A DNA stretch of 63,899 nt, counting the filler, from Octopus bimaculoides (Eukaryota): the NCBI RefSeq assembly GCF_001194135.2. It is 5 parts of 4 records of this genome, joined end to end, with 100 filler letters (N's around TTAATTAATTAA, not from the genome) between each part and the next. Parts side by side here need not be neighbours in the genome. Positions count along the whole stretch, not along the records: positions 1 to 13,330 come from NC_068991.1; 4 more parts are not named here. One strand, written 5' to 3'. Of this stretch, positions 1 to 12,781 are shown piece by piece; the stretch's first letter is position 1; each line of letters opens with the position of its first letter. Below the pieces are notes generated by a model. The model was given only the letters and a program-made list of their open reading frames with translations. It searched no databases and was not told the origin of the DNA. The position numbers and the translations under genes were made by a program.

Positions 1-98
1 TCATCATCATCATCATCATTATCATCATCATCATTATCATCATCATGGTCGTCGTCCTCATCATCATTATTATTGTTATCATCATCATCATCATCATT

Positions 99-148
<50 letters not shown>

Positions 149-248
149 AATCATCATCATCATGCTTATCGCCATGCTCGTCATCATCATTATCATTATC
201 ATCATCATCGTCGTCGTCTTCATCATCATCATTATCGTCATCGTCATT

Positions 249-279
<31 letters not shown>

Positions 280-296
280 ACCTCATTATCATCATC
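1..296. repeat. (ATC)n microsatellite
   Basis: Seen directly. Confidence 0.98.
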
Positions 297-870
297 AAAA
301 TCACATTAAAAGAACTAACAGCAGCAAACCGTTTTCGTTAGTTGAGGGGAGGGGGTTGTTCGTTTTTGTTTTTGTTTAGTTTTTTTTTACATATTGCATT
401 TTTAAACTATAGCAGATGTAGCCAATTCCTTTTTGTTTTCTTTTTAAATTTGTTTTTCTTTTTCTTATTGTATGTATGGCATTTATTTTATAGCTTTTCT
501 CCTCTTCCTCCATACAAAAGTATATAGACACTCCTTAGATATAAAACACAAGGGCGAACTAAGGAGAGAAAACCTCAATACGATCTATCGACCTCAGCCT
601 ACTAGAAATAGCACTCATACCTCCCTCATATCTGACATTACCACCTTAAAATGGGAAGGAGATATGAGCATGCAATGTAACGTATCCATAAGGCTTGTGC
701 CAAAATTTGAAACTGTTATTGCATTGTACCACTATTTGTTCCGCTGCCACAACTGACTCTTAATATTGATTTCAAATTTTGGCTCAAGGCCAGCAATTTC
801 AGGGAAAGGGTTAAGCCAATTGTAATCCAGCTCACCACCTTACTACCGGCTCTTAATATTAAGCTGGCAT

Positions 871-1545
871 AAGGCGGCGTGATGGCAGAATTGTTAGCAC
901 GCCGGGTAAAACGCTTAAGCGATATTTCGTCCGTCTTCACGTTCTGAGTTCAAATTCTACCGAGGTTGACTTTGCCTTTCATCCTTTCAATGTCGATAAA
1001 ATAAATACCTATTGAATACTGGGGCTCGATGTAATTGACCTACCCAAGGCGGCAGGTTGGCAGAAACGTTAGCACGCCGGGCGAAATGCTTAGCGGTATT
1101 TCGTCCGTCTTTACGTTCTGAGTTCAAATTCCGTCGAGGTCGACTTTGCCTTTCATCCTTTCGGGGTCGATTAAATAAGTACCAGTTACGTACTGGAGTC
1201 GAAAAAATCGACTTAATCCGTTTTCTGTCCTTGTTTGTCCCCTCTGTGTGTAGCCCCTTGTGGGCAGTAAAGAAATAAGACCTACTCCCTCTCCCAAGAT
1301 CGCTGAGCTGATGTCAAAATTTCCATAATCATAAGGCGGTGAGCTAGCAGAATCGTTAATATATCGGACAAAATGCCAAGCGGTATTTCATCTGGCTTTA
1401 CGTTCAGAGTTCAAATACCGCCGAAGTCGACTTTGCTTCTCATTCTTTCGAGGTCGATAAAATAAGTACTAATCGAGCACTAGAATCGAACTAATCAACT
1501 GCTCCCCATACGCACAATTTCAGGCCTTGTACCTATAGTACAAGG
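871..1545 (+). mobile_element. SINE family A cluster (tRNA-derived): older copy 871-1045 interrupted by young copy 1046-1280, third copy 1333-1545
   Basis: A-box GGCAGAA.GTTAG, B-box GAGTTCAAAT, central GCCTTTCATCCTTTCGGGGTCGAT. Confidence 0.85.
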
Positions 1546-2294
1546 GAGAACATGTATACGGCAACTACAATCCGAGATACCTTTCATAAAACAAGATTGA
1601 GGAGGGTGATCAAAGTTTAAACGCCTGCAGCATAACAGCAACATCAACATGAATAACGACGAGGAAGAGGAAATTCTAAAGAAGAGAGGGATGATATTGT
1701 TGAAACGTTAACATATCGTGCAGCCCTATAAAAGAATCATGTTGCGTTATGAATGTAATTATGTAAATCGGACATTCCTTCACACTGACGTCTCTCTAAA
1801 GACAAAGTGACTAATAGGTTGCTGAATAATTGAACACACACATACACACACACATACACATCTATATGCACTCACACACACGTATGTGTTCAAGTTATTA
1901 GAAATACAAATTATGCACACATGCAAGTATACACATGTACGATTATACATAAATACATATACATGCATACGTACATGCATGCATATATGCATATGTATGG
2001 ACGTATATATGCGCGCGCGCGTGGTGGTGGTGGGGTAAAAGAGTGAAGGAGAGGAAGAGAGAGAGAGAGAGATTGTATACAAAGCTCTGACCGACTTTTA
2101 GCATTTATATAAAGTACAAACTTGATATTTAATGCTGCAAATTTAATCATCTATACGATTTCCTTCATTTTCTATCACTTCTCTCCATCTATCTGTAATT
2201 TTTTGAATGCCTGATTTCAAAAATTCCTTGTGTTTGAATTAAAATACGTATTCAATTCACTTTTTTTATATCTCCCTTGCTGGCCATGCTTTTC

Positions 2295-2367
2295 TCGTCA
2301 AAATAGTTTTGCAAAGATCTAAAGATCTAAATGAGCGGAAGTTTAATGGCGGAAGGTCTGGAGAATG
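2295..2367 (-). mobile_element. Mariner transposase fragment
   Basis: HSPDLPPLNFRSFRSL resembles the SPDLAPSDF(H)LFRSL motif; runs into an N gap. Confidence 0.55.
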
Positions 2368-2921
2368 NNNNNNNNNNNNNNNNNNNNNNNNNNNNNNNNN
2401 NNNNNNNNNNNNNNNNNNNNNNNNNNNNNNNNNNNNNNNNNNNNNNNNNNNNNNNNNNNNNNNNNNNNNNNNNNNNNNNNNNNNNNNNNNNNNNNNNNNN
2501 NNNNNNNNNNNNNNNNNNNNNNNNNNNNNNNNNNNNNNNNNNNNNNNNNNNNNNNNNNNNNNNNNNNNNNNNNNNNNNNNNNNNNNNNNNNNNNNNNNNN
2601 NNNNNNNNNNNNNNNNNNNNNNNNNNNNNNNNNNNNNNNNNNNNNNNNNNNNNNNNNNNNNNNNNNNNNNNNNNNNNNNNNNNNNNNNNNNNNNNNNNNN
2701 NNNNNTAATAAGCCCAGTCCTTATTCTAAAGATCATCGACCCTCTAGAATACCCTCGCACAGCATGCATTCCCAGTTACCCTCTACACACAGCTGTACAA
2801 GAAGGACGTTAACCTCGTCGACCTAAACGTTCTCCGATGTCTGGATATAGCTCATTCTTCTACACAATCCTCACACAATATTTTATGGGATAGACTGGAA
2901 TCTTTTCCCCGTAGAAATTAT

Positions 2922-3158
2922 AAGGTGGTGAGCTGGCAGAAACGTTAGCACGCCGGGCGAAATACTTAGCGGTATTTCGTCTGCTGTTACGTTCTGAGTT
3001 AAAATTCCGCCGAGGTTAAGTTTGCCTTTCATCCTTTCGGGGTCGATGAATTAAGTACCAGTTACGCACTGGGGTCGATGTAATTTACTTAATCCTTTTG
3101 TTTGTCCTTGTTTGTCCCTTCTATGTTTAGCCCCTTGTGGGCAATAAAGAAATAAGAA
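2922..3158 (+). mobile_element. SINE family A, full length
   Basis: Same head, centre and CCCCTTGTGGGCAATAAAGAAATA tail as 1046-1280. Confidence 0.9.
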
Positions 3159-3407
3159 GCTATAGCGCTCATCTGCTTTATGTCACGAAAGAGCCAGCAA
3201 AAAAACTAACAGTAATGGGAACCAAACCAGTACACGTGCACTCATTACAAGTTTTCTATGACGTCTGGAGTGTAACAGATCATCTTACAATTAAAGCTAT
3301 CATGTAAAGTACATTAACTCTACCAAGTGCATAGCTTGCTCTACAACAAGAGATTGCACAACAATGTCTATGTATGTGGGTGCGTCGAATTCGTACGACT
3401 GTATGTG

Positions 3408-3448
<41 letters not shown>

Positions 3449-3959
3449 ACGCACACATGCATAAACATACATGTGCGCGCGCATGTGTTTCTATGAAGTT
3501 GTGATTTTGTGCGTGCGTGTAGGAAAAGATGTTTGTGGTGCGAAAATACTATTGACGGGTAATTGCACGTGAGTGTGTTTGTGTGTGGTATGAGAATGTC
3601 TGCTTATGTACGTGTACACACACACACACACACACACACAACTGGGGAAAAAAGAGCGAGGAGGCAGAGGTTCGTATAAGAATCAAATATCTTTTCTGTG
3701 TATTTCTCAGACATATTTCTCTTTATTACCATTTTTACGATGGAATTCAAGAAATTCTTAATACTTTGTATAATATTCCATATCTCGTATGCATTTATTT
3801 TAACGTATTCACCAACGTATACATAAATACAAACATACATACATAAATGCCTACGTACGAACATGCATACGCGCATTCGCACACACGAACGCACACACAC
3901 ATACACGCGCGCGCGCGCGCGCACAGACAAGCAGACAGGCAGGCAGACATATTCTTCTC

Positions 3960-4320
3960 TCAGCGGCCACAACCGAGATGTGTTTCGCCACGCCGCACCA
4001 GAAATTTGTTAGCTTTTTCAGTTCAATTTCATGCTGCGTGTTTCTGCCAATAACCTGAATGTAGTTGAGAGTTCTTCTTCCGCTATTAGGGTGCGGAAGT
4101 CTCCAAGAAGTAACATCTGATATGGTTTGATGTTCAGCACGATAGCAGTGGCCAACAAAGCCCACCATCCGTTGGTAACAATAGTAGAGATGAGTGGAAT
4201 GTGTAAATAAATCTTCTGTTTGGCCTTGGGCACTCGCCACGAGATGTTGTCAGTCCTCATGAGAAGCTTGGCATACAAGCCATCAAAACAAATCTCGAAG
4301 CTTCCTCTTCATAGTGTAAG
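3960..4320 (-). mobile_element. RTE-clade LINE, 3' fragment
   Basis: Frameshifted YAKLLMRTDNISW...IPLISTIV / FVGHCYRAEHQTISD..WRLPHPNSGRRTLNYI, typical of the RTE ORF C-terminus. Confidence 0.7.
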
Positions 4321-5897
4321 ATTTTATTTTCATACTAAAGAATGCTCTCTACAAGTGCCTTGCTCTTTTACTCTTTTACTTATTTCAGTCATTTTGACTG
4401 CGACCATGCTGGAGCACCGCCTTTAGTCGAGCANNNNNNNNNNNNNNNNNNNNNNNNNNNNNNNNNNNNNNNNNNNNNNNNNNNNNNNNNNNNNNNNNNN
4501 NNNNNNNNNNNNNNNNNNNNNNNNNNNNNNNNNNNNNNNNNNNNNNNNNNNNNNNNNNNNNNNNNNNNNNNNNNNNNNNNNNNNNNNNNNNNNNNNNNNN
4601 NNNNNNNNNNNNNNNNNNNNNNNNNNNNNNNNNNNNNNNNNNNNNNNNNNNNNNNNNNNNNNNNNNNNNNNNNNNNNNNNNNNNNNNNNNNNNNNNNNNN
4701 NNNNNNNNNNNNNNNNNNNNNNNNNNNNNNNNNNNNNNNNNNNNNNNNNNNNNNNNNNNNNNNNNNNNNNNNNNNNNNNNNNNNNNNNNNNNNNNNNNNN
4801 NNNNNNNNNNNNNNNNNNNNNNNNNNNNNNNNNNNNNNNNNNNNNNNNNNNNNNNNNNNNNNNNNNNNNNNNNNNNNNNNNNNNNNNNNNNNNNNNNNNN
4901 NNNNNNNNNNNNNNNNNNNNNNNNNNNNNNNNNNNNNNNNNNNNNNNNNNNNNNNNNNNNNNNNNNNNNNNNNNNNNNNNNNNNNNNNNNNNNNNNNNNN
5001 NNNNNNNNNNNNNNNNNNNNNNNNNNNNNNNNNNNNNNNNNNNNNNNNNNNNNNNNNNNNNNNNNNNNNNNNNNNNNNNNNNNNNNNNNNNNNNNNNNNN
5101 NNNNNNNNNNNNNNNNNNNNNNNNNNNNNNNNNNNNNNNNNNNNNNNNNNNNNNNNNNNNNNNNNNNNNNNNNNNNNNNNNNNNNNNNNNNNNNNNNNNN
5201 NNNNNNNNNNNNNNNNNNNNNNNNNNNNNNNNNNNNNNNNNNNNNNNNNNNNNNNNNNNNNNNNNNNNNNNNNNNNNNNNNNNNNNNNNNNNNNNNNNNN
5301 NNNNNNNNNNNNNNNNNNNNNNNNNNNNNNNNNNNNNNNNNNNNNNNNNNNNNNNTATATACACACACACGTACATGAACTCATCATCACTGTTGTGACA
5401 ATTATATACACTACATACATCATTCAGGCCTCGTCGCAAACGCGAGCTAGTCGGTTGATATTTAGCATTGATAAGAATGTTCAAACTCTGACGAACAAAA
5501 CCAACGAGTAGCGGCATACTTCTGTCACCCAACACCGATTTGATTGAACTAATAACGAAAAGAAGAGTGTTAGTTACGTTAAACTTCCGTTTCATCTGCT
5601 TCTGTCTTAACTCCGGTTTATATTATGTTATCGATGTTGCGCTAGACAATTGAATGCGTGAATAACATTTGTATTTCTGAATCTGAGAAGCTGGGGCTAA
5701 TTACACCGTAGTGGTTTACCGCTGTATATACTTCATCCTGTCCTACAAAAGATTGAATAATAAACTAATGAATTGTTTGTTACTAATGCATTGCTCCAGT
5801 CAAATCATTTAGCAAATTTTACTTACCCCCCCCCCCGTGATACATATTTATAAATATAATGTGCTGGTGTATCTCAGACAACATGGTTATAGTATAG

Positions 5898-6265
5898 TTG
5901 TTGTTGGTACTCCGTCGCTTACGACGTCGAGGGTTCCAGTTGATCCGATCAACGGAACAGCCTGCTCGTGAAGTTAACGTGCAAGTGGCTGAGCACTCCA
6001 CAGACACGTGTACCCTTAACGTAGTTCTCGGGGATATTCAGCGTGGCACAGTGTGACAAGGCTGACCCTTTGAATTACAGGCACAACAGAAACAGGAAGT
6101 AAGAGTAAGAGAAAGTTGTGGTGGAAGAGTACAGCAGGGTTCGCCACCATCCCCTGCCGGAGCCTCGTGGAGCTTTAGGTGTTTTCGCTCAATAAACACT
6201 CACAACGCCCGGTCTGGGAATCGAAACCGCGATCCTATGACCGCGAGTCCGCTGCCCTAACCACT
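5898..6265 (-). mobile_element. SINE family C (tRNA head, (CAA)n tail), young
   Basis: High identity to 17414-17806; B-box GGTTTCGATTCCC on the minus strand. Confidence 0.92.
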
Positions 6266-6565
6266 CCGTCGATTGCGACGACGGCAGTTCCAGTTGGTTC
6301 AATCAACGCAACAGCCTGCTCCTGAAATTAACGCAGAAGTGACTGAGCACTCCACAAACACGCGAACCCCTAACGCAGTTCTCGTGTTCAAGGTGACGCA
6401 TTGAATGTCACAAAGCTGGTCTATTGAACGACATGCACAACTCATTTTTATCAGCTGCGTGAACTAAAGCGTCTTGCTCAAGGACACAATGCGTCGCCTT
6501 GTATTGAACTCACGACCTTACAATTGTGAACCGAAGGCCCTAACCACTAAGCCACGCGACTTCAC
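6262..6565 (-). mobile_element. Older CORE-bearing SINE sharing the family C 3' tail
   Basis: GTGTCCTTGAGCAAGAC CORE-like motif on the minus strand; 3' part aligns with 5910-6030. Confidence 0.7.
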
Positions 6566-7737
6566 TTACAACGACAGCTGCAATGTATATAGGTCACTAA
6601 CAAAATCTGCCATGTCATAAAAACAAAATCCGATTTTCTGATATTTTTAAAATGTTGAGATTAATGCTATTATAAAAATATAAGTGGTGATTATTTTCGA
6701 AGATTTTAAAGTTTTATCTCATTTCTTTTGTGTATGCTGTTGAATTTTCTTTCTTCCTATTTTATCATTATCATCCTCATCATCATCATCATTATTATTG
6801 TTATTATTATTATTATTATTATTATACAAAATATACACTAATTAAGCTAAAGTAATTTGTCTGAGGTATCCAGCCAAAATAAATATGTCATTATCATTCA
6901 AAACCAACAATTAAAAAGCATTCTGTGTATTTCTACCACGATTTAAAAGTAAGACAAAGAAGTAGACCAGAAAATAATTACTGATTTTCTGTTGCATGAA
7001 CGAAATGCTAACGATACACATTTGCGACAATTAAAGATACATTATGCAGATTGTTTTCCAAACTTCTGCTCGAAAAAAGTTACTTCTAAAGAAGAGACTA
7101 GATCCCATGCTTTGAAGTTATATATAAAATCCTTGTATAAATACATAATAATAACAGTTCGACTCAGGTCCTCATTATTTAAAGTTTTGTGAATGTAGGA
7201 CACGTCCGCCTCATCAGACGTTCGGTCAGGATAAAGCCTCCCCCTCTCTCTCCCCGAGCATCTGATGAGATTACACACGTGTTTTTTCTACAGAACTTTG
7301 AGAAATTTGTATTTTTATTAAATTCTTGTAACTCCAACTAAATGTGTTGATACTACTTTCTTCCGTTGGTTCACTCCCTCGTATGTATATATGTGTGTGC
7401 GTGCCTGTGTGTGTGTGAGTGTGGCTTAGTTCATGAGACAATATGCACATAGGATATAAATATGGGACGAACCTCGGGAGCAGGAAATAAGTGTTGAACA
7501 TGAAAAGACTGAAAAGTAGCCTCAATTTGTCATTGAAACTACTTCACATTCTTCTATTTTCTTCGTGATTGCATCTGGGAGAGCACGAATGTTGCAAACG
7601 GGGATATTGTGAATACATAAAAGAAAACTTATAAATAGGCATCAACACCTGCACATATAAAACACTTACACACACACATGATAATAATAATAATAATAAT
7701 AATGATAATAATAATAATATCAGCATATCACTTAAAC

Positions 7738-7930
7738 AGAGCGACGAGCTGGCAGGTTCATTAGCACGCCGGACGAAATGCTTGGCGGCCTTTCGTCCGT
7801 CTTTACGTTCTGAATTCAAATTCCGCCGAGGTCGCTTTTGCCTGTCATTCTTTTGAGGTCAGTAAAATAAGTACCAGTCGACTCACCTACTCCCCAGAAA
7901 TTTCTGGCCTTGTGCTAAAATTTGAAATCG
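7738..7930 (+). mobile_element. SINE family A
   Basis: Homologous to 871-1045. Confidence 0.85.
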
Positions 7931-8081
7931 ATATTATTTAATATTATTATAAGCTTATTGATTTCTAACTACTGGTTATTAGTACTGATTTGTTTTAAAC
8001 ATTGTTTTAAGGCAAGACAATGCAAGTTATATAAAAAAAAATTAATAGTACAGAACGATGGTTACTACTATTCTTTTCTAC

Positions 8082-8293
8082 TCTAGGCACAAGGCCCGAA
8101 ATTTTGGAGGAGGGGGGGGCAGTCGATTACAACAACCGCAGTACGCAACTGGTACTTAATTTATCGACCCCGAAAGGATGAAAGGCAAAGTCGACCTCGG
8201 CGGAATTTGAACTCAGAACGTAACGACAGACGAAATACCGCTAAGCATTTCGCCCGGCGTGCTAACGTTTCTGCCAACCTAACGTTTCTGCCA
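8082..8293 (-). mobile_element. SINE family A
   Basis: Reverse-complement copy with a duplicated 5' end (CTAACGTTTCTGCCA twice). Confidence 0.85.
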
Positions 8294-8998
8294 TATGTAT
8301 GTATGTATGTTTGTATGTATGTATGTATGTATGTCTTCGGTGTTAATTCCACAAAGTCTGCATCGGTTGTTACATTTCACTGCTTTCCCTGCATCTCTGT
8401 CCCTTTTGTGCATCAGGTGAATGTCTGTCTGTCTGTCTGTATGTATGTATGTATGTAACAAACGAAGGATGGAGGTACTGATTTCACATTCATTCCAAAG
8501 TTCCAGCTGTTTCGACAACAGATGGGTAATAAATCAGTTAAGACATTGGAAAACATGAACATCAACAATAACTTTGATTATATAATATTGATTATATAAG
8601 GAAAATCCATAGTAATTTCATCGTGACCTCTATGATTGAACTCTATGAACTCACTGGGAATTTTCATTATTTAATCGATATCATATGATCAATGTCACAT
8701 AATTATTGCTGACATTCATGTTTGTCAACTTGGTAAAAGATTTATTGCCCATGTGCTGCTGAAACAGCTGTAACTAACGAATAAATGTGATACTAGTATC
8801 ACGTTTATTTAATGATAATGAGAGCTGTTTTATGTTGGACGGTTTATGCAAACATGCTCAAGAACCCTGAGAATTTTCTTGATCATAAAGTGTCCTAACT
8901 CCTTCAATTTGAATCTTTCTGGCAGCGGTTCTCAACCTGTGGTCCGCAAAAGTAGTACTGGAGGTCCGTGAACTAAATTCAAAATTCCATATACATAC

Positions 8999-9035
<37 letters not shown>

Positions 9036-9180
9036 NNNNNNNNNNNNNNNNNNNNNNNNNNNNNNNNNNNNATATATATAATATGAGGATAAAATCTTTG
9101 TAAGAATTTATCAAGTAGTCAGCGTGAAAATACCTCATAAGGTAAAAAAAAACATCATTTTTTTCCATAAATTATATAAT

Positions 9181-9299
9181 TTAATTTATATATGGGCATT
9201 ACTATACAATAATGCCTCACGCTTAGAGGGTAGTTTTGACTTATAAAGTCCCTCTAAGCGCGAGGCATTATTGTATAGTAATGCCCTTATATAGATTAA
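9181..9299. repeat. Palindromic MITE-like element
   Basis: 50-bp arms (47/50 match) around a 19-nt spacer, in TA-rich flanks. Confidence 0.85.
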
Positions 9300-9494
9300 A
9301 TTTTATATATATATAGTAGTCGCTTCCATAGCTGAATTGAGGCCTTCATTTAGGCTGAGAGCAGTATTATTGAAAAATCTATTTAATATATTTTTATGAA
9401 AATGTATTAGCCTTTCAGCTTAATATTTTTGTTGTTTTTAATACAGTTTTGTTCACACGCACACACATACACATTAATACACGTAGATGTATAC

Positions 9495-9496
<2 letters not shown>

Positions 9497-9562
<66 letters not shown>
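9497..9562. repeat. (GATA)n microsatellite (others at 42408-42470, 52680-52705, 60707-60758)
   Basis: Seen directly. Confidence 0.97.
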
Positions 9563-9564
<2 letters not shown>

Positions 9565-10689
9565 AGGGTGTGTGTGTGTGTGTGTGTGCGTGTGAGTTTT
9601 AAATCAATGTTTTGTTTTATTTATACAGCTTATATATATCTAATGTTTCAAAATGTTTAGGTAAGCGAAAAGATACCCGTTTAAGTCATGTAATAGTTAT
9701 GGACTGAAGAACATTGATATGTATTGGATAACTAAGAAATGAAACACATTCGACTCTATTTTCAACTGCTGTGAGTGACATTAGTTTTCCATTTCTCTTT
9801 TACGACGTGAGAACAATTACGATAGAAATACTGACAAGATAAAAAGAAAAGACGAGACGCTGGTGATGCTAAAATAAACATTTGGCTAGATTTGTGTGTC
9901 TCTTCTGATACTTAATCGCTCTTGGGGTGGTTTAAGTTGATAGCATTTCATTGCAAAAAAAAATTCCATAATCCTCAAATATCTGTAGCCAAGCTGAAAT
10001 ATTTCTAACTTCCAGACTGACGGCGAGAGAGAATATGCTAATGGATTTCTTTCTATAGTCAAGTCCTAAAGCAGAATTTAAAGATATTGCTACACTTTCA
10101 GACAATTTAAATGATGTCAAACTAGAAATCAGAAGGAATTAATTACATTCTTTATCGTTTCAATTTTAAGTTCTGTCAACAGATCGAATTTCCTTCTATT
10201 ACTATATTTCAGCTTTGAATTAAGGTCTAACAAAACAGACGAGCGTTTCTAGGAACGGAGCATTGACCAGGTAAAGTACCGGTCAATTACTGGTGGTCAG
10301 TAGTTTTGACTAACCCTCTCTACTCAAAATTGTGACTAAATCAGAAACCATTATCATTATTGGTGATTTGTTCCTCTCCACTTCCTCTTTAGCAAGTCAA
10401 CACATCTAGCAACTGTAATCAGTTTTCGCAAATACGATAAGCTATAGCTAGTTGTAGGTATAGGGGAATTGCTTTGTTTGGATGTTCTGCCTTAAGAATT
10501 TTACTTTTACATGCCAGACATGTTTGACATCTTGGCAGATATCTACCGCCACTGGTAGCAGACCGAGAAGATACTTATTCTGTGATTTGAGGTGTGACCG
10601 ATCACCGAGCAAAGGGAATCACATTGATCATTTTCAGCTCGTAAATCTACGGTTTAACAAGATTTTGACCAACGTCAAAGCAGTATGTT

Positions 10690-11260
10690 CTTGTCGCCGC
10701 TAGTCTGATTGGTGATGCGTAAATATACGCAAAGCGCGCAGAGCAACGAAACCGTTCTGCACACACGCATTCAGTGTTCGAGTGAAGTTATGTCGCGCAC
10801 TTACTGTTACGCGTGTGGCGGATCCAACTAACAGCTGAGTCCACTATGAAAATTGTTCCGCCGCCTTCCTTTAGCCAGTAAGCAGGTTGTCTTTATCTGT
10901 CTGGTGGCTTTGGTGAAAAGAAGTTGTGTGGTAGATGAGATTGACAGAGCTGAAGACAGACACTTCATTTTTGGGCCAAGCCTTCATCAACTTCTTTAAG
11001 TTTCACTTGAAAAGGAAAATGAAGGCGGAGAGTGAAGTGTTGCCTTCCGGCAAATTTTTCGCGAGGTGGATGAGTGGTGAGTATGATTTAGAGTCGACGG
11101 GCGTGTTGTGAACATACGCCTGTGGATCGAAGGGCAACTGGAAGAAGTCAGGATGAACATGGTTTCGTGGGTCTGCCGCCTTTGAGGAGTTTTTCTTTTA
11201 ATTTTTTCCCCCTTTTTTACACACTTTTTGTGTAATCCCACGCAATATCGCTCTGTACCG
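10690..11260 (+). promoter_or_regulatory. Candidate promoter / 5' UTR exon region of the sGC gene
   Basis: Non-repetitive and locally CpG-rich against a CpG-poor background. Has a reverse CCAAT (ATTGG) near 10709, a candidate donor TG|GTGAGT at 11077, and a long (CT) tract at about 11360-11517. Inference only. Confidence 0.35.
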
Positions 11261-11880
11261 CCTTCTGTCATTTAGTCAACTTTGTGGTTTATAAAAAATG
11301 GTGTTGTCATCATCATTATTACTATCACATCCTTGTAAAGTGTCTTTGGATCTGCAGTTCTTTCTTTTTCTTTCTCTCTCTCTTTCTCTCTCCCCTCTCT
11401 GTTTCTCTCTCCCTCTCTCTTTCTCTGTCCTTCTCTCACTATTTTTATCTCTCTTTTCTCTTTCTCTCTTTCACTCTGTGTCTCTCTACCTCCTTCCCCC
11501 CCCCTCTCTCTCTCTTAAGAATTTTGACGAAAGCAGTGCTATGGCGCTTGACTTCAGGAAATCTTATGCTCAAGTTCACCCAGTGCACTCATTTTCCACT
11601 CCTACCCATCTCATATTCTTACTATGATTCGCACCTATCCCAGACCCACTCAAAAAGAACTTTACCCAATAATTCTTCCACAGGCCTTTAAATACAAACT
11701 GAACATCAACTCAACTGATTCATCGCTCTGTGAAGGCCTATAAAAGTTGTAGGTATTTCCGTAACTTCTCTGATTAACTACTAGAAACTATGTGTATTGT
11801 ATATAAAAATGTTTTAAAGCTTTGTAATGGTCACTAACATATCGTTTTCTTTTTTCTTTCATGGTACTTTCCTCACCATC

Positions 11881-11988
11881 ATGAACATTGACGATGACAA
11901 TACCAACATTATGAACAACGTCATCAACATTAACAACAACCGGAAATTGATACCAACTCACAAAAAAATATTACATTGTTATAACTAG
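11881..11988 (+). other. Possible 35-aa upstream ORF ending 13 nt before the sGC ATG
   Basis: ATG at 11881 (A at -3) runs to TAG at 11986-11988, out of frame with the main ATG. Relevant only if this stretch is in the mRNA. Confidence 0.25.
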
Positions 11989-12001
11989 CCGTAAAGACAA
12001 A

Positions 12002-12781
12002 ATGTATGGCATAATTATCCAAGCCATCGTCATCTATCTTCAGGAGACGTATGGAGAAGAGACATGGGAAGCGATTCGTCAACGGGCAGGCATTGAAGAA
12101 CACAGCTTCAGCTTACATGAGAGATATAAGGAAGATACTATCGTTCGAATTTGTGATGCTGCCAGTAAACTAATCGGTGTCGATCGGAGTACCATTATGA
12201 ACTCATTCGGTGATTCTTTCGTTGCCTACGTGAGCAAATACAACTATGACCGCATCTTAAAAGTACTGGGGCGAAACCTCCGAGATTTTCTCAACGGGCT
12301 TGATAACCTTCACGAATATCTGCGCTTCTCCTACCAAAATATAGTACCGCCCTCTTTCTTCTGCGAAAATGAGCATAGAATGGGTCTGCACCTTCACTAC
12401 CGTAGCTCGCGGAGAGGTTTTGTGCATTATGTAATCGGACAAATTAAAGCCGTCGGTAAAACCTTCTACAACACTGACATTGATATTAGGATCATAAAAC
12501 ATGATGAATCAGCTGACTCGTCGCATGTCATATTTGATCTGAGGTTTGAAAACGAGGGATTTAATACTCAAGTTGACAATAAGGTGGATGACAAAGACCA
12601 ATTCAAAGTTCCAGCTTATTTTTTTCGCAATCTTTTTCCATTCCATATTCAATTCAAAAAGAATATGGATATTGTAAGCGCTGGCTCGGGACTTCGAGCA
12701 ATTATACCAAATATAATGAACAAAAACCTTCTGGATGTTTTTGTTCTTCGGAAACCGGTTTTCCAGTTTAATTGGAAAAAT
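12002..12781 (+). CDS. Gyc88E: Atypical soluble guanylate cyclase, first coding exon (H-NOX domain plus start of PAS/HNOBA), 260 aa
   Basis: Starts MYG; contains DFLNGLDNLHEYLRFSY (His104), PSFFCE, HYRSSRRGFVHYVIGQI (YxSxR, Tyr143) and FPFH. The frame ends at codon AAT (12779-12781) followed by a GTAAGT donor (phase 0); the ORF-track extension to 12838 is intron read-through. The symbol names the closest recognised family (Drosophila Gyc88E-like), not a verified orthologue. Confidence 0.93.

Noticed and set aside
4342-5595. Long ORFs full of X (also at 2.3, 20.4, 21.8, 49.3, 56.1 and 62.4 kb)
   Set aside because: Artefacts of N gaps.
11739-11746. TATAAAAG as the sGC TATA box (another at about 1727)
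   Set aside because: Expected by chance in AT-rich DNA; no initiator at the right spacing.
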